Virus record (IMG/VR): IMGVR_UViG_3300010403_000705 | Span: 368,845-432,844 of that record | Length of the DNA: 64,000 nucleotides | Direction: 5' to 3' (one strand) | Shown: positions 28,836 to 36,674 of the stretch, one piece after another | Layout of the letters: every line of letters begins with the position of its first letter | Position numbering within the stretch: the first letter of the stretch is position 1 | The notes under the pieces: generated by a model | What the model saw: the letters and a program-made list of their open reading frames with translations, nothing else | Told to the model about the DNA's origin: nothing | Database searches by the model: none | Position numbers and translations under genes: made by a program

Positions 28836-29318
28836 ATGGCAAATCATGGATTTTTGATATTTAAAAGTAATATAAAATTAAATGAAATATCTAAAATTTT
28901 ACAAGAAATAAATGAAAATAGATTTAAAAATAAGTTAATTATTACTTTTCATGAAGGTGACCAATCATGGTTTATTGAATATCAGTCACCCACAAGACTT
29001 GGATGTCCAGGATTTAGAATTTGGAAGAGATCACCTCGTAAATTAGAATTTCGTCATCCTTATGGAAAGTGGATGCCATATGTGATGACAGTTTTTATTG
29101 AGACACTTTCATTTAAAATGAATTCTATCATTTCTGATGAGGGAACAAATAATAAATGGATAGGAGACCCAAATAATTATTGTTCTTTTAAGCAATGGTC
29201 TGGAGACTTTTATCCAAAAAATTGTGATTATATATCTATTGTAGATAAAATTTTTTCTATAAATTCATTTATAGAATCTGATTTAGAAGATGCACCAGAA
29301 GAATTGAGAGACTGTTAA
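28836..29318 (+). CDS. Hypothetical protein
   Basis: 160 aa ORF. Confidence 0.65.
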   Translation: MANHGFLIFKSNIKLNEISKILQEINENRFKNKLIITFHEGDQSWFIEYQSPTRLGCPGFRIWKRSPRKLEFRHPYGKWMPYVMTVFIETLSFKMNSIISDEGTNNKWIGDPNNYCSFKQWSGDFYPKNCDYISIVDKIFSINSFIESDLEDAPEELRDC

Positions 29319-29319
29319 A

Positions 29320-30150
29320 ATGATAAAAAGAGATGGTGTTAAGTTAATGAATGCAAGAACTAATAACGTTTCTATTGCCAAAGAAACGCTGGCTATTTTG
29401 AAACAAAAATATTATAATTCTCCCAATGGTAACAAAATAAATATTTCTGAAGCATTGGATGCCGCTGTTAAAGGATCTGTTCTTTATCAAAATGAAATAA
29501 GTTTTGTTGAAAATGAGTCGGTAAAATTACCATTAATAGAAGTTACTCCTGAAACAACTGCTCAAGCAGCACAACGATTATTATGTATACATAAAGATGT
29601 AGTAGTTTTAAATTTTGCTTCTGCTAGAAATCCAGGCGGTGGATTTTTATCTGGTGCTATAGCACAAGAAGAAGATTTATGTCGCTGTTCTGGATTATAT
29701 TCTTGTCTTAAATCTAAGCCAATTTTTTATAATGAAAATATATTATGTGATAATACATATTATACAGATAATATTATTTACTCACCAAATGTTCCATTTT
29801 TTAGAAGCGAACATTTTTTATTTTTAGAAAATCCATTTTGTGTTTCTGTTATAACTGCTCCAGCACCTAATATTAGAGGTATGAATAATATCGATGAAAA
29901 ACAATTATTTGATGTATTGAGTAATAGAATATCTAAAATATTAAAAATTGCTGCATATCATAATCATAAAAATATTATTTTGGGCGCATTTGGATGTGGA
30001 GCATTTGGTAATGATCCATTAATGGTTGCACATATTTTTTTAAATTCTTTGAAAATGTTTAATTATTTTGGAAATGTATGTTTTGCTATTTATTCTAATA
30101 AAGGAGATTTAACTAATTTAAATGCATTTAAAAAAATATTTGATAAATGA
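29320..30150 (+). CDS. TIGR02452 family microbial-type PARG / macrodomain
   Basis: LNFASARNPGGGFLSGAIAQEEDLCRCS, LGAFGCGAFGNDP. Confidence 0.88.
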   Translation: MIKRDGVKLMNARTNNVSIAKETLAILKQKYYNSPNGNKINISEALDAAVKGSVLYQNEISFVENESVKLPLIEVTPETTAQAAQRLLCIHKDVVVLNFASARNPGGGFLSGAIAQEEDLCRCSGLYSCLKSKPIFYNENILCDNTYYTDNIIYSPNVPFFRSEHFLFLENPFCVSVITAPAPNIRGMNNIDEKQLFDVLSNRISKILKIAAYHNHKNIILGAFGCGAFGNDPLMVAHIFLNSLKMFNYFGNVCFAIYSNKGDLTNLNAFKKIFDK

Positions 30151-30551
30151 AGAATTTTTTGATAAATTAGATACTGAAGATAAAGCTTATACATTAGGTT
30201 TTATTTATGCGGATGGTTGTGTTAGAAATTCCTAAACATTTTATTAGAGGATATTTTGATGGTGACGGATCATTAAGATTACCTGATAAAAAGAGTGCAT
30301 CGATAGATATCATTGGTACATATGATTTTTGTTTAGGGATACAGACTGTGGTTAATGAACAGATCAAAGATATTTATTCTAATATAAGAAAAGATAAAAG
30401 TTCCGAAATGTTTCGTTTTGAGGTTAGTGGAAATAAAAATTCTAAAAAATTTCTTGATTGGTTATATTTGGGTTCTTCTATTTATCTTTATAGAAAATAT
30501 GATAAATATTTAAAATTATGTAACAAAATAGATGTGAAAGAAAAATCATGA
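30146..30551 (+). pseudogene. Internally deleted LAGLIDADG homing endonuclease
   Basis: KAYTLGFIYADGCV, then a frameshift directly into HFIRGYFDGDG...YLYRKY; the inter-motif region is missing. Confidence 0.75.
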
Positions 30552-30787
30552 ATTGTTTAATTACAAGTAGTCTTGGTAACACTCAACAAATTTTAGAAAA
30601 AGTAGGATATTTTGTTATGCCTACTGATAAAGATGAAGTATTTGAAATGATTTTTGAATCGGTGGATGAATTATTTCATTTAGCAGATATCATAGATTAT
30701 GATTTGCTAATTCATAAGAGAACTTCGAAAGAAGGAAGTTTTGTAGTTGAGATTTTTGATAAGAAAAAGTTTGTACCAAAAGCCTAA
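30548..30787 (+). CDS. Hypothetical protein
   Basis: 79 aa ORF. Confidence 0.6.
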   Translation: MNCLITSSLGNTQQILEKVGYFVMPTDKDEVFEMIFESVDELFHLADIIDYDLLIHKRTSKEGSFVVEIFDKKKFVPKA

Positions 30788-30894
30788 AATATGCAGGGAA
30801 TTTTTGAACATATTTGTATTCATTAATATAAAAAATTCATAAAAATAGAATAAAATTCGATAACATAATCGCACAGATATTCATACTAATATAT

Positions 30895-31173
30895 ATGTAT
30901 ATCTTTATGTGGTACGTATATATTATTCGTTGCTTAAAAGATAATTCTTTATATACTGGTATTACAAATAATCTTAACAAACGAATTGCCATACATAATG
31001 ATGGTAAAGGGGCAAAATATACTAGAGGGCGTCGTCCAGTAATATTAATGAAATATTTTCAAGTTGATAACAAAAGTCATGCTCTTAGAATAGAAATGAA
31101 AATAAAGTCTCTTCCAAAAAATAAAAAACTTATGTTCTCTTTATCGCAATATGATTATAAAAAGGAAAATTAA
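30895..31173 (+). CDS. GIY-YIG nuclease (UPF0213-like)
   Basis: YVYIIRC..NSLYTGITNN...HN.GKGAKYTRGRRPV. Confidence 0.88.
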   Translation: MYIFMWYVYIIRCLKDNSLYTGITNNLNKRIAIHNDGKGAKYTRGRRPVILMKYFQVDNKSHALRIEMKIKSLPKNKKLMFSLSQYDYKKEN

Positions 31174-31177
31174 TTTT

Positions 31178-31339
31178 ATGAATAAATTACTATTAATGTT
31201 TTTTCTTACCGTCATCAGTTGTGGACCAAGTTCAAGATGCCAATCACGATGTAAAGAAACTCAAAATGAATTTGGCTGCCAGTGTCAATGTGACCCTTTT
31301 TGGGAATGTGGAAATTTTAGTTCGGAAGAAGAAGAATAA
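31178..31339 (+). CDS. Small Cys-rich lipoprotein
   Basis: MNKLLLMFFLTVISC plus 6 Cys. Confidence 0.55.
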   Translation: MNKLLLMFFLTVISCGPSSRCQSRCKETQNEFGCQCQCDPFWECGNFSSEEEE

Positions 31340-31348
31340 GAAAAGCTT

Positions 31349-32047
31349 ATGAAAAAAGATTTTACTTCAATTAATGTAGTTTTAGATGCTAGTGGCTCAA
31401 TGGGACGTTTGGTTGATGATACAATTGGTGGTTTTAATAATTTTCTAAAAGACCAACAAGCTCTGGCGGGTGAGGCAACTCTATCTTTATGTTTGTTTAA
31501 TGACGATTATAAATTAATATACGATTATGTACCAATTACTCTAGCACAACCGTTAGATAAAAAAGTTTATAGAGCTTCTGGCGGTACAGCTTTATTAGAT
31601 GCTTTAGGAATTACTATTGATAATGTTGGCAAAAAACTTTCAGAAATGAAAGAAAAAGACAGACCTTCAAAAGTTATTTTTCTGGTTATCACGGATGGTC
31701 AGGAAAATTCTAGTCATTTATTAGGAGAATCAGAAGCTAGCTTGCCTAAATTTGTGCAAGGACAACATAATATTTATAAATGGATTGAAAAAGATAATGA
31801 AATTTTTTATAAAAGAAAGCTACGTTATCCTTTGTCACGCATCAAAGATATGATTACTCATCAGCAACAAAAATATAATTGGGAATTTTTGTATTACGGT
31901 GCTAATGTTAATTCAATAGCTGAAGCAAAAACTTTAGGAATTGTTGCGGCTCGCAGCCAAAGTTATAGTGCTACTTCTGTAGGGACTAAGGATTTATATA
32001 ATAGTATTTCTAATACAGTATTAGACTATAGAACAGGTAAAAAATGA
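31349..32047 (+). CDS. vWA domain protein
   Basis: LDASGSM, GGTALLDA, ITDGQENSS, WEFLYYGAN. Confidence 0.85.
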   Translation: MKKDFTSINVVLDASGSMGRLVDDTIGGFNNFLKDQQALAGEATLSLCLFNDDYKLIYDYVPITLAQPLDKKVYRASGGTALLDALGITIDNVGKKLSEMKEKDRPSKVIFLVITDGQENSSHLLGESEASLPKFVQGQHNIYKWIEKDNEIFYKRKLRYPLSRIKDMITHQQQKYNWEFLYYGANVNSIAEAKTLGIVAARSQSYSATSVGTKDLYNSISNTVLDYRTGKK

Positions 32048-32216
32048 AAAATAACAGAAGATAGTGTATTTAGATTAGAAGTTGTTGGGAATTTTCATGA
32101 TATATTTGATAAAAATTTTCCAACAAGATTTTAGGGCGTCCGCTCCCATCGACCACGGCATACGGTGCGGTACTCACCAAGCACGGTTATGAAAAAATAA
32201 AAAAAATAAAAAGCAG

Positions 32217-32244
32217 TCGACAATTACTAAATTGGTGTTATAGT
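32217..32244 (+). promoter_or_regulatory. Sigma70-like promoter upstream of the tRNA array
   Basis: TCGACA-N16-TATAGT with upstream A-tract; same GGTG pre -10 segment as at 49067. Confidence 0.5.
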
Positions 32245-32316
32245 ATGGGTACGTAGATGATGAAATGAAAAATCTATGCATAGTTTAGTATACTAAATAC
32301 CATTTTTAAGTTAAAT

Positions 32317-32392
32317 GTCTCTGTAGTCTAACGGATAGGGCAACTGCCTTCTAAGCAGTGCGGTGCAAGTTCGAATCTTGCCAGAGGCACCA
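32317..32392 (+). tRNA. tRNA-Arg(TCT)
   Basis: Cloverleaf, loop CTTCTAA, CCA. Confidence 0.93.
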
Positions 32393-32481
32393 ATCTTCAA
32401 TTATCCTGAAGAGATTAATAGAAGGATTAATTAGCAAACCATATTAACTTATGTTTAGGCTAGTAATTGCGGACAGTACAT

Positions 32482-32558
32482 GGAGGAGTAGCTCAGTGAA
32501 AGAGCACGATGCTATAAACATAACGAGGTCCTTGGTTCAAGTCCAAGCTCTTCCACCA
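32482..32558 (+). ncRNA. tRNA-like RNA, bulged anticodon stem (nominal anticodon ATA)
   Basis: Intact acceptor, D and T arms and CCA; anticodon arm CGATG-CTATAAA-CAT-AA-CG. Confidence 0.65.
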
Positions 32559-32573
32559 ATGATCTACAACAAA

Positions 32574-32680
32574 GGCATCCAGGGACACTGAACCCGCTTC
32601 GCAGGTGGGCAGTGCCACCCTCTCTGACAGAGGGGAACGTCACCAGTAACTAGACGTGACACGTTGGAGAGAAAATGTGA
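32574..32680 (+). ncRNA. GC-rich four-hairpin structured RNA
   Basis: CACTG..CCCGC/GTGGG..CAGTG; CCCTCT/AGAGGG; ACGTC/GACGT; CACGTT/AATGTG. Confidence 0.55.
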
Positions 32681-32738
32681 ATGTTAGACCCAAATCACTA
32701 CACATAATAAAATATGCATAAATTGATATATAAATATT

Positions 32739-32812
32739 GGGCTTGTAATTAAATGGGATAATAATTCGTTTGCACCGAATTTTTGAGAGTTCGATTCTCT
32801 CCGGGTCCACCA
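32739..32812 (+). tRNA. tRNA-Ala(TGC)
   Basis: G3:U70, loop TTTGCAC, CCA. Confidence 0.88.
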
Positions 32813-32833
32813 GAATTTAAGGTAAATTTCATT

Positions 32834-33034
32834 ATGAATGTGAAAGATTTGAAGAAAAAGTTAGATGGATTACCCGATAATCTTGAAGTAAAAATTGCTT
32901 ATGGTTGCCAGCTTTTTGAAACGGCAGGTAGTAAAGGTCATACTTTAGACGAGATTCAAGATGTAGTGATAGTGCACCATAACGATTGTATTGATGAAGT
33001 TTGGTTATATAATGAATATGCGTCTGAGGTTTAA
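32834..33034 (+). CDS. Hypothetical phage protein
   Basis: MNVKDLKKKLDGLPDNLEV, a common small phage family. Confidence 0.65.
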   Translation: MNVKDLKKKLDGLPDNLEVKIAYGCQLFETAGSKGHTLDEIQDVVIVHHNDCIDEVWLYNEYASEV

Positions 33035-33221
33035 GTTTTTAAAAATATGAATAAAACAGAACAGTCAGAATTATTAAAAATAAAAGAGTTTTTGGAATCT
33101 CTGTTAGAATCATTATCTAGAAAAGAATTGTTGTACTTTAAAGATAGATTTGAAAAATTAATGATTGAGAATAGTTATTCTGGTTTGTTAGATTCATTTA
33201 ACAAAGATACAAAAAAGTAAT

Positions 33222-33300
33222 GGTGATCGTAGTGTACTGGTTTTGTGCATGACTGACTGTGACTCAGTAGGTGCGGGTTCAAATCCCGTCGATCACCCCA
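33222..33300 (+). tRNA. tRNA-His(GTG)
   Basis: G-1:C73, loop CTGTGAC, CCA. Confidence 0.92.
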
Positions 33301-33324
33301 ATTAGCAATAGTACAGGTAAATTT

Positions 33325-33398
33325 GCCTCGTTCGTCTAATGGTAGGACAAAGCCCTTTCAAGGCTTGAACAGGAGATCGATACTCCTACGAGGTACCA
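33325..33398 (+). tRNA. tRNA-Glu(TTC)
   Basis: Loop CTTTCAA, T-loop ATCGATA, CCA. Confidence 0.9.
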
Positions 33399-33405
33399 AG
33401 TATAT

Positions 33406-33480
33406 TGTGGAGTAGAGCATCGGTAGCTTGCTTGGCTCATAACCAAGAGGTAGGAAGTTCAATTCTTCCCTCCGCAACCA
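33406..33480 (+). tRNA. tRNA-Met(CAT), initiator-like D arm
   Basis: Loop CTCATAA, CCA. Confidence 0.88.
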
Positions 33481-33500
33481 ATAGAAAGACAAACCGTAAA

Positions 33501-33725
33501 ATGAGAAAAACTGGTGTTATAGTATATTCAAATTCTTCAAAAGAAACCGTGGATTACTATTGTGAGGCTCTGAAAAAACATTTTGCAATGCCTCTGTATT
33601 TCGAAATTGAAATGATTAATAATCAATATTCAATTTTGTTTGATCCTTGGGACGGATATCTTGTAAATACTAGTGGATATGTTGATGAAATTAAAAAGTA
33701 TGTGACTAAAATACAAAAAGAATAA
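33501..33725 (+). CDS. Hypothetical protein
   Basis: Start moved to the ATG after the tRNA. Confidence 0.55.
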   Translation: MRKTGVIVYSNSSKETVDYYCEALKKHFAMPLYFEIEMINNQYSILFDPWDGYLVNTSGYVDEIKKYVTKIQKE

Positions 33726-33787
33726 TATGATGACTGTGGACAAAGTTATTATGAGGAACCATTATATGGTTGTGGTGGTTATTAAAA

Positions 33788-33952
33788 ATGTGTGATATTT
33801 GTAATGATGATTCTTTAAATGAAAGCTTCGTTGAAGAACAGAATTTTAAATTCTGGCAACGTTTGAAAAATAAATTAAGCGAAGAAGATTTAGAAAAGAT
33901 GTATCCTAATAAGAATAATGTTGTCATTAAACGTAATGATGATTATCAATAA
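33788..33952 (+). CDS. Small hypothetical protein
   Basis: MCDICN... Confidence 0.4.
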   Translation: MCDICNDDSLNESFVEEQNFKFWQRLKNKLSEEDLEKMYPNKNNVVIKRNDDYQ

Positions 33953-33953
33953 T

Positions 33954-34027
33954 TGGAATATCGTCCAACGGCAGGACAACGGGCTTTGAACCCGTGAATC
34001 TAGGTTCGAATCCTAGTATTCCAGCCA
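33954..34027 (+). tRNA. tRNA-Gln(TTG)
   Basis: U1-A72, loop CTTTGAA, G73, CCA. Confidence 0.93.
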
Positions 34028-34030
34028 ACT

Positions 34031-34246
34031 ATGAGTAGGCTTAAAAGGATAAATATGTCAATAAAAAATGCTGATGAATTGATTGATTTATTTAAAAATA
34101 AATTAAATAAACCATCATTGAAGAAAGACGTACAAATTCTTAAAGAAAGCATAAAGATTATATATGAAGATAAAAATTCAAACAATGAAATTAAAGAGAA
34201 AGCATTGTTAAGTCTACAATATTTACAAGAAAAAACAGAGAACTAA
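34031..34246 (+). CDS. Hypothetical protein
   Basis: 71 aa between RNA genes. Confidence 0.5.
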   Translation: MSRLKRINMSIKNADELIDLFKNKLNKPSLKKDVQILKESIKIIYEDKNSNNEIKEKALLSLQYLQEKTEN

Positions 34247-34255
34247 TTGTTCTTA

Positions 34256-34364
34256 AGCAAGAATAGTTTAATGGTAGAACGCTGGAGTCCATCCAGAAGC
34301 GGTACAAAAAGAATCCACGTGCACTGGGTAAAAAAATTCTTAGGTTCAAATCCTCCTTCTTGCT
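34256..34364 (+). ncRNA. tRNA-shell RNA with enlarged variable region
   Basis: AGCAAGAA/TTCTTGCT, D arm TAGTTTAATGGTAGAAC, CTGGA-GTCCA-TCCAG, ~45-nt insert, AGGTTCAAATCCT. Confidence 0.6.
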
Positions 34365-34365
34365 C

Positions 34366-34435
34366 TATGACGAATGCTAAAATGGGATTACATTTAATTT
34401 ACAAAAACATATCTCATTTAATTTTTGTCGTCATA
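34366..34435 (+). ncRNA. Hairpin RNA, Y-RNA candidate
   Basis: TATGACGA/TCGTCATA and AAATGGGAT/ATCTCATTT stems; 5' strand contains GACGAATG. Confidence 0.35.
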
Positions 34436-34441
34436 ATATTT

Positions 34442-34548
34442 GGGTACGTACCTCAAATATGGATGAGGATCGGAGCGGGGGCGAATTGGTAAAATATTAG
34501 CTAGTCCCGAGCACTCTAAAGTTGTTGGTTCAAATTCAATCGTATCCA
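34442..34548 (+). ncRNA. tRNA-shell RNA with extended bulged anticodon-position stem and G3:U70
   Basis: GGGTACG/CGTATCC-A, CCTC/GAGG D stem, GTTGG-TTCAAAT-TCAAT T arm; ~55-nt central domain. Confidence 0.65.
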
Positions 34549-34669
34549 CTTAGATTTTATGTTCCCTGAAAAAGTATACCCGTTAGTTTGGGCGGAGAAC
34601 ACTATAGCTGAATGCAGATAGGTTTACATCGGAAAAAAATAGACTTATCAAATTTTGTCAGCTTAATAT

Positions 34670-34744
34670 AGAGTAATAGTTTAATGTAAAGAATAGCCTC
34701 ATTAACAGAGGAAGATTTTGGTTTAAATCCAAATTACTCTACCA
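34670..34744 (+). ncRNA. Atypical tRNA (nominal anticodon TAA, short variable loop)
   Basis: AGAGTAA/TTACTCT-ACCA, loop ATTAACA, T-loop TTTAAAT. Confidence 0.6.
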
Positions 34745-34752
34745 CCTATAAT

Positions 34753-34838
34753 GCCGACGTTGAGCAGGTGGTGGGCTCAGTGCGCTGTAAACGCATATCC
34801 TTAAGGACTTGGAGGTTCGATTCCTCTCGGCGGCACCA
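34753..34838 (+). tRNA. tRNA-Tyr(GTA)
   Basis: Loop CTGTAAA, variable arm, CCA. Confidence 0.88.
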
Positions 34839-34964
34839 AGATAAAATTATTTTTATTTGGGGTATAATTAGGTATAACTATAACAAGTTGTAAGAACAAT
34901 ATTTAACTCACTACCGCAATTAAATATTGTACAGACTAAATCTAGCGGTGTTATTAGAGGTTTT

Positions 34965-35393
34965 ATGATAAAGATCAAGAAACTTGAAAAAATAGAAACC
35001 AATCAAATGGGTGATAATTATCTTGACCATTTAGTAACTGTTGATATAGATAGTATTACACATAGAGTTTGGGTAAGTTGTAGTGGTTCTCTAATGCGTA
35101 CCGAGAAGAAATCTTTAAAAGATGTAAGTAAGTTTATCAATGATAAATTAGAAAAGTCATTATATAATGATATCAGTTTTGAACATTGGTTAGGAAATCA
35201 AGGAGATTATGCTGCTCCGTATGTTGTGTTAAAAGCAGGCAATGTTGATAAGGTAGTAGATGATGAGTGTTTTTATCATGAATACCCACGTTTGATATTC
35301 ACTACTCCACCACCTCCTCCAGCAGAACCAAAACAGAAACCAACGAATACTATTAATGACGAAATTAAAAAATCAATTATTAATGTAACTTAA
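34965..35393 (+). CDS. Hypothetical protein with polyproline tract
   Basis: 142 aa; SD GAGG; TPPPPPAEP. Confidence 0.65.
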   Translation: MIKIKKLEKIETNQMGDNYLDHLVTVDIDSITHRVWVSCSGSLMRTEKKSLKDVSKFINDKLEKSLYNDISFEHWLGNQGDYAAPYVVLKAGNVDKVVDDECFYHEYPRLIFTTPPPPPAEPKQKPTNTINDEIKKSIINVT

Positions 35394-35399
35394 TGAAAA

Positions 35400-35428
35400 A
35401 AGTATGGTAGATTTTATCTACCATACTT
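35400..35428. terminator. Inverted repeat / terminator or processing stem
   Basis: AAGTATGGTAGA/TCTACCATACTT. Confidence 0.55.
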
Positions 35429-35435
35429 AATAAAA

Positions 35436-35508
35436 CGGGAATAAAGTGTAGCCTGGTTGCACACGTCGTTTGGGGCGATGTAGGGTGGTTCAAATCCAAT
35501 ATTCCCGA
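35436..35508 (+). tRNA. tRNA-Pro(TGG), 8/4-like
   Basis: CGGGAATA/TATTCCCG, loop TTTGGGG. Confidence 0.8.
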
Positions 35509-35509
35509 C

Positions 35510-35591
35510 TAGATAAAATATGGTGCGGTGACGCCTGTAAATAATTTCTAAAGAAAATTATTTATCCGTTGCAACTACGGTATTTTATCTA
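35510..35591 (+). ncRNA. Cloverleaf-like RNA
   Basis: 11-bp closing stem TAGATAAAATA/TATTTTATCTA enclosing three hairpins, the last CCGT-TGCAACT-ACGG (T-like). Confidence 0.5.
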
Positions 35592-35602
35592 AAAATTATT
35601 AT

Positions 35603-35705
35603 GCACATCTAAAAAGTCTCCAGCAGAACCCCAGGAGGCACGAATCTAAGGAGTAGTGGCAGTCGAATTAACGATAGATACGTTTGAACTTAGAATGTGT
35701 TGTGC
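35603..35705 (+). ncRNA. Multi-branch structured RNA
   Basis: GCACATCTAA/TTAGAATGTGT closing stem, GTCTCC/GGAGGC, ATCTA/TAGAT. Confidence 0.4.
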
Positions 35706-35717
35706 TTAATGATATTT

Positions 35718-35793
35718 CGGGAATGAGGTGTAACTTGGTTGCATGGGAGCTCTGGAAGCTTTTGGAGGCGTTCGAATCGCACATTCCCGACCA
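35718..35793 (+). tRNA. tRNA-Pro(TGG), C33/A37, 8/4-like
   Basis: CGGGAATG/CATTCCCG-ACCA, loop TCTGGAA. Confidence 0.75.
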
Positions 35794-35900
35794 GTAGAGA
35801 GATCGTATTAGCAGATAAAACTTTAGTACGAGTTAAAGGAATTAGTAATATATCTTAAATGATAAATGTTTGGCGGTGCAAGACCCGCCTCTCTACTCCA
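35794..35900 (+). ncRNA. tRNA-shell RNA ending in CCA
   Basis: GTAGAGA/TCTCTAC-TCCA, T-like GGCGG-TGCAAGAC-CCGCC, internal TCGTATTA/TAGTACGA hairpin. Confidence 0.6.
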
Positions 35901-35946
35901 AAACCTAAATTAAAAATCAACACAAACTCATAACAAGGAGCTTATA

Positions 35947-36204
35947 ATGTCAATTGTACTATGGATTCTATTTGGACTTGTAGTTGGTGTTATCGCTAAA
36001 TTATTGACTCCTGGTCGTGAACCTAGTGGATTTGTTTTAACTACTCTATTAGGTATTGGTGGTTCGTTATTGGGAGGATTTCTAGGAAAATTGATTGGTA
36101 TATATCCAACGTACCAATCAACGGGTGGATTTTTTATGGCTATTTTAGGAGCTGTCGTTATACTAGCGATATATAACTCTTTTCTATTTCGTAGAACTTT
36201 TTAA
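35947..36204 (+). CDS. GlsB/YeaQ/YmgE (transglycosylase-associated) membrane protein
   Basis: WILFGLVVGVIAKLLTPG...LGIGGSLLGG...AILGAVVIL. Confidence 0.88.
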   Translation: MSIVLWILFGLVVGVIAKLLTPGREPSGFVLTTLLGIGGSLLGGFLGKLIGIYPTYQSTGGFFMAILGAVVILAIYNSFLFRRTF

Positions 36205-36227
36205 TAAAAAAAGTATTTAAAAATCTT

Positions 36228-36300
36228 CAGAATATGTGGTCTAAGGGCAGGGCAGGTGGAAGTGTTCATCACGTTCAGGTTCGATTCCTGACATATTCTG
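36228..36300 (+). ncRNA. tRNA-like RNA with shrunken anticodon loop
   Basis: CAGAATATG/CATATTCTG, TCAGG-TTCGATT-CCTGA; loop of 4-6 nt; no CCA. Confidence 0.6.
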
Positions 36301-36306
36301 TTTTAT

Positions 36307-36382
36307 CGGGAAATGTTGTAATCTGGTAGCATCCGTGCTCAGGAAGCATGTAGTATGAGTTCAAATCTCGTTTTCCCGACCA
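36307..36382 (+). tRNA. tRNA-Pro(AGG), C33/A37
   Basis: CGGGAAA/TTTCCCG-ACCA, loop TCAGGAA. Confidence 0.8.
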
Positions 36383-36385
36383 TAT

Positions 36386-36494
36386 TGTAATTAAGTGTAA
36401 TGGTGCATCATCTCGATAATGATACGTACGTTCAATTCGTACACTTCCAGTCGGATATAGTAGAGAGAAAAAGGTTCGATTCCTTTAATTACAA
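36386..36494 (+). ncRNA. tRNA-shell RNA with a nested second T-arm
   Basis: TGTAATT/AATTACA, D arm, TCTC/GAGA enclosing GTACG-TTCAATT-CGTAC, outer AAAGG-TTCGATT-CCTTT. Confidence 0.65.
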
Positions 36495-36502
36495 TATACT
36501 AT

Positions 36503-36587
36503 GGATCTGTTCTCTAGCGGCAATGAGAAGAGCCTTTTAAGCTCTCGGCGAAAGCCTACGTGGGTTCGAGTCCCTCCAGATCCACCA
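36503..36587 (+). tRNA. tRNA-Lys(TTT) with long variable arm
   Basis: Loop CTTTTAA, variable stem GGC-GAAA-GCC, CCA. Confidence 0.85.
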
Positions 36588-36674
36588 CATCAAAACGATG
36601 TAGTAAGAAAATGAATATAGATTACGATTTTCTAGATATTATGATGTTACAATATTTGAATAGAGAGATAACAA

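Noticed and set aside
34247-34492. 81-aa ORF
   Set aside because: Overlaps three structured RNA elements; TTG start with no protein motif
34670-34744. Ochre suppressor tRNA (TTA)
   Set aside because: The centred triplet of the 7-nt loop ATTAACA is TAA, not TTA, and the tRNA body is atypical
34896-34950. Pseudoknot (loop ACCGC pairing with GCGGT)
   Set aside because: Only 5-6 bp, and GCGGTGTTAT matches the promoter-like segment seen at 32234 and 49081
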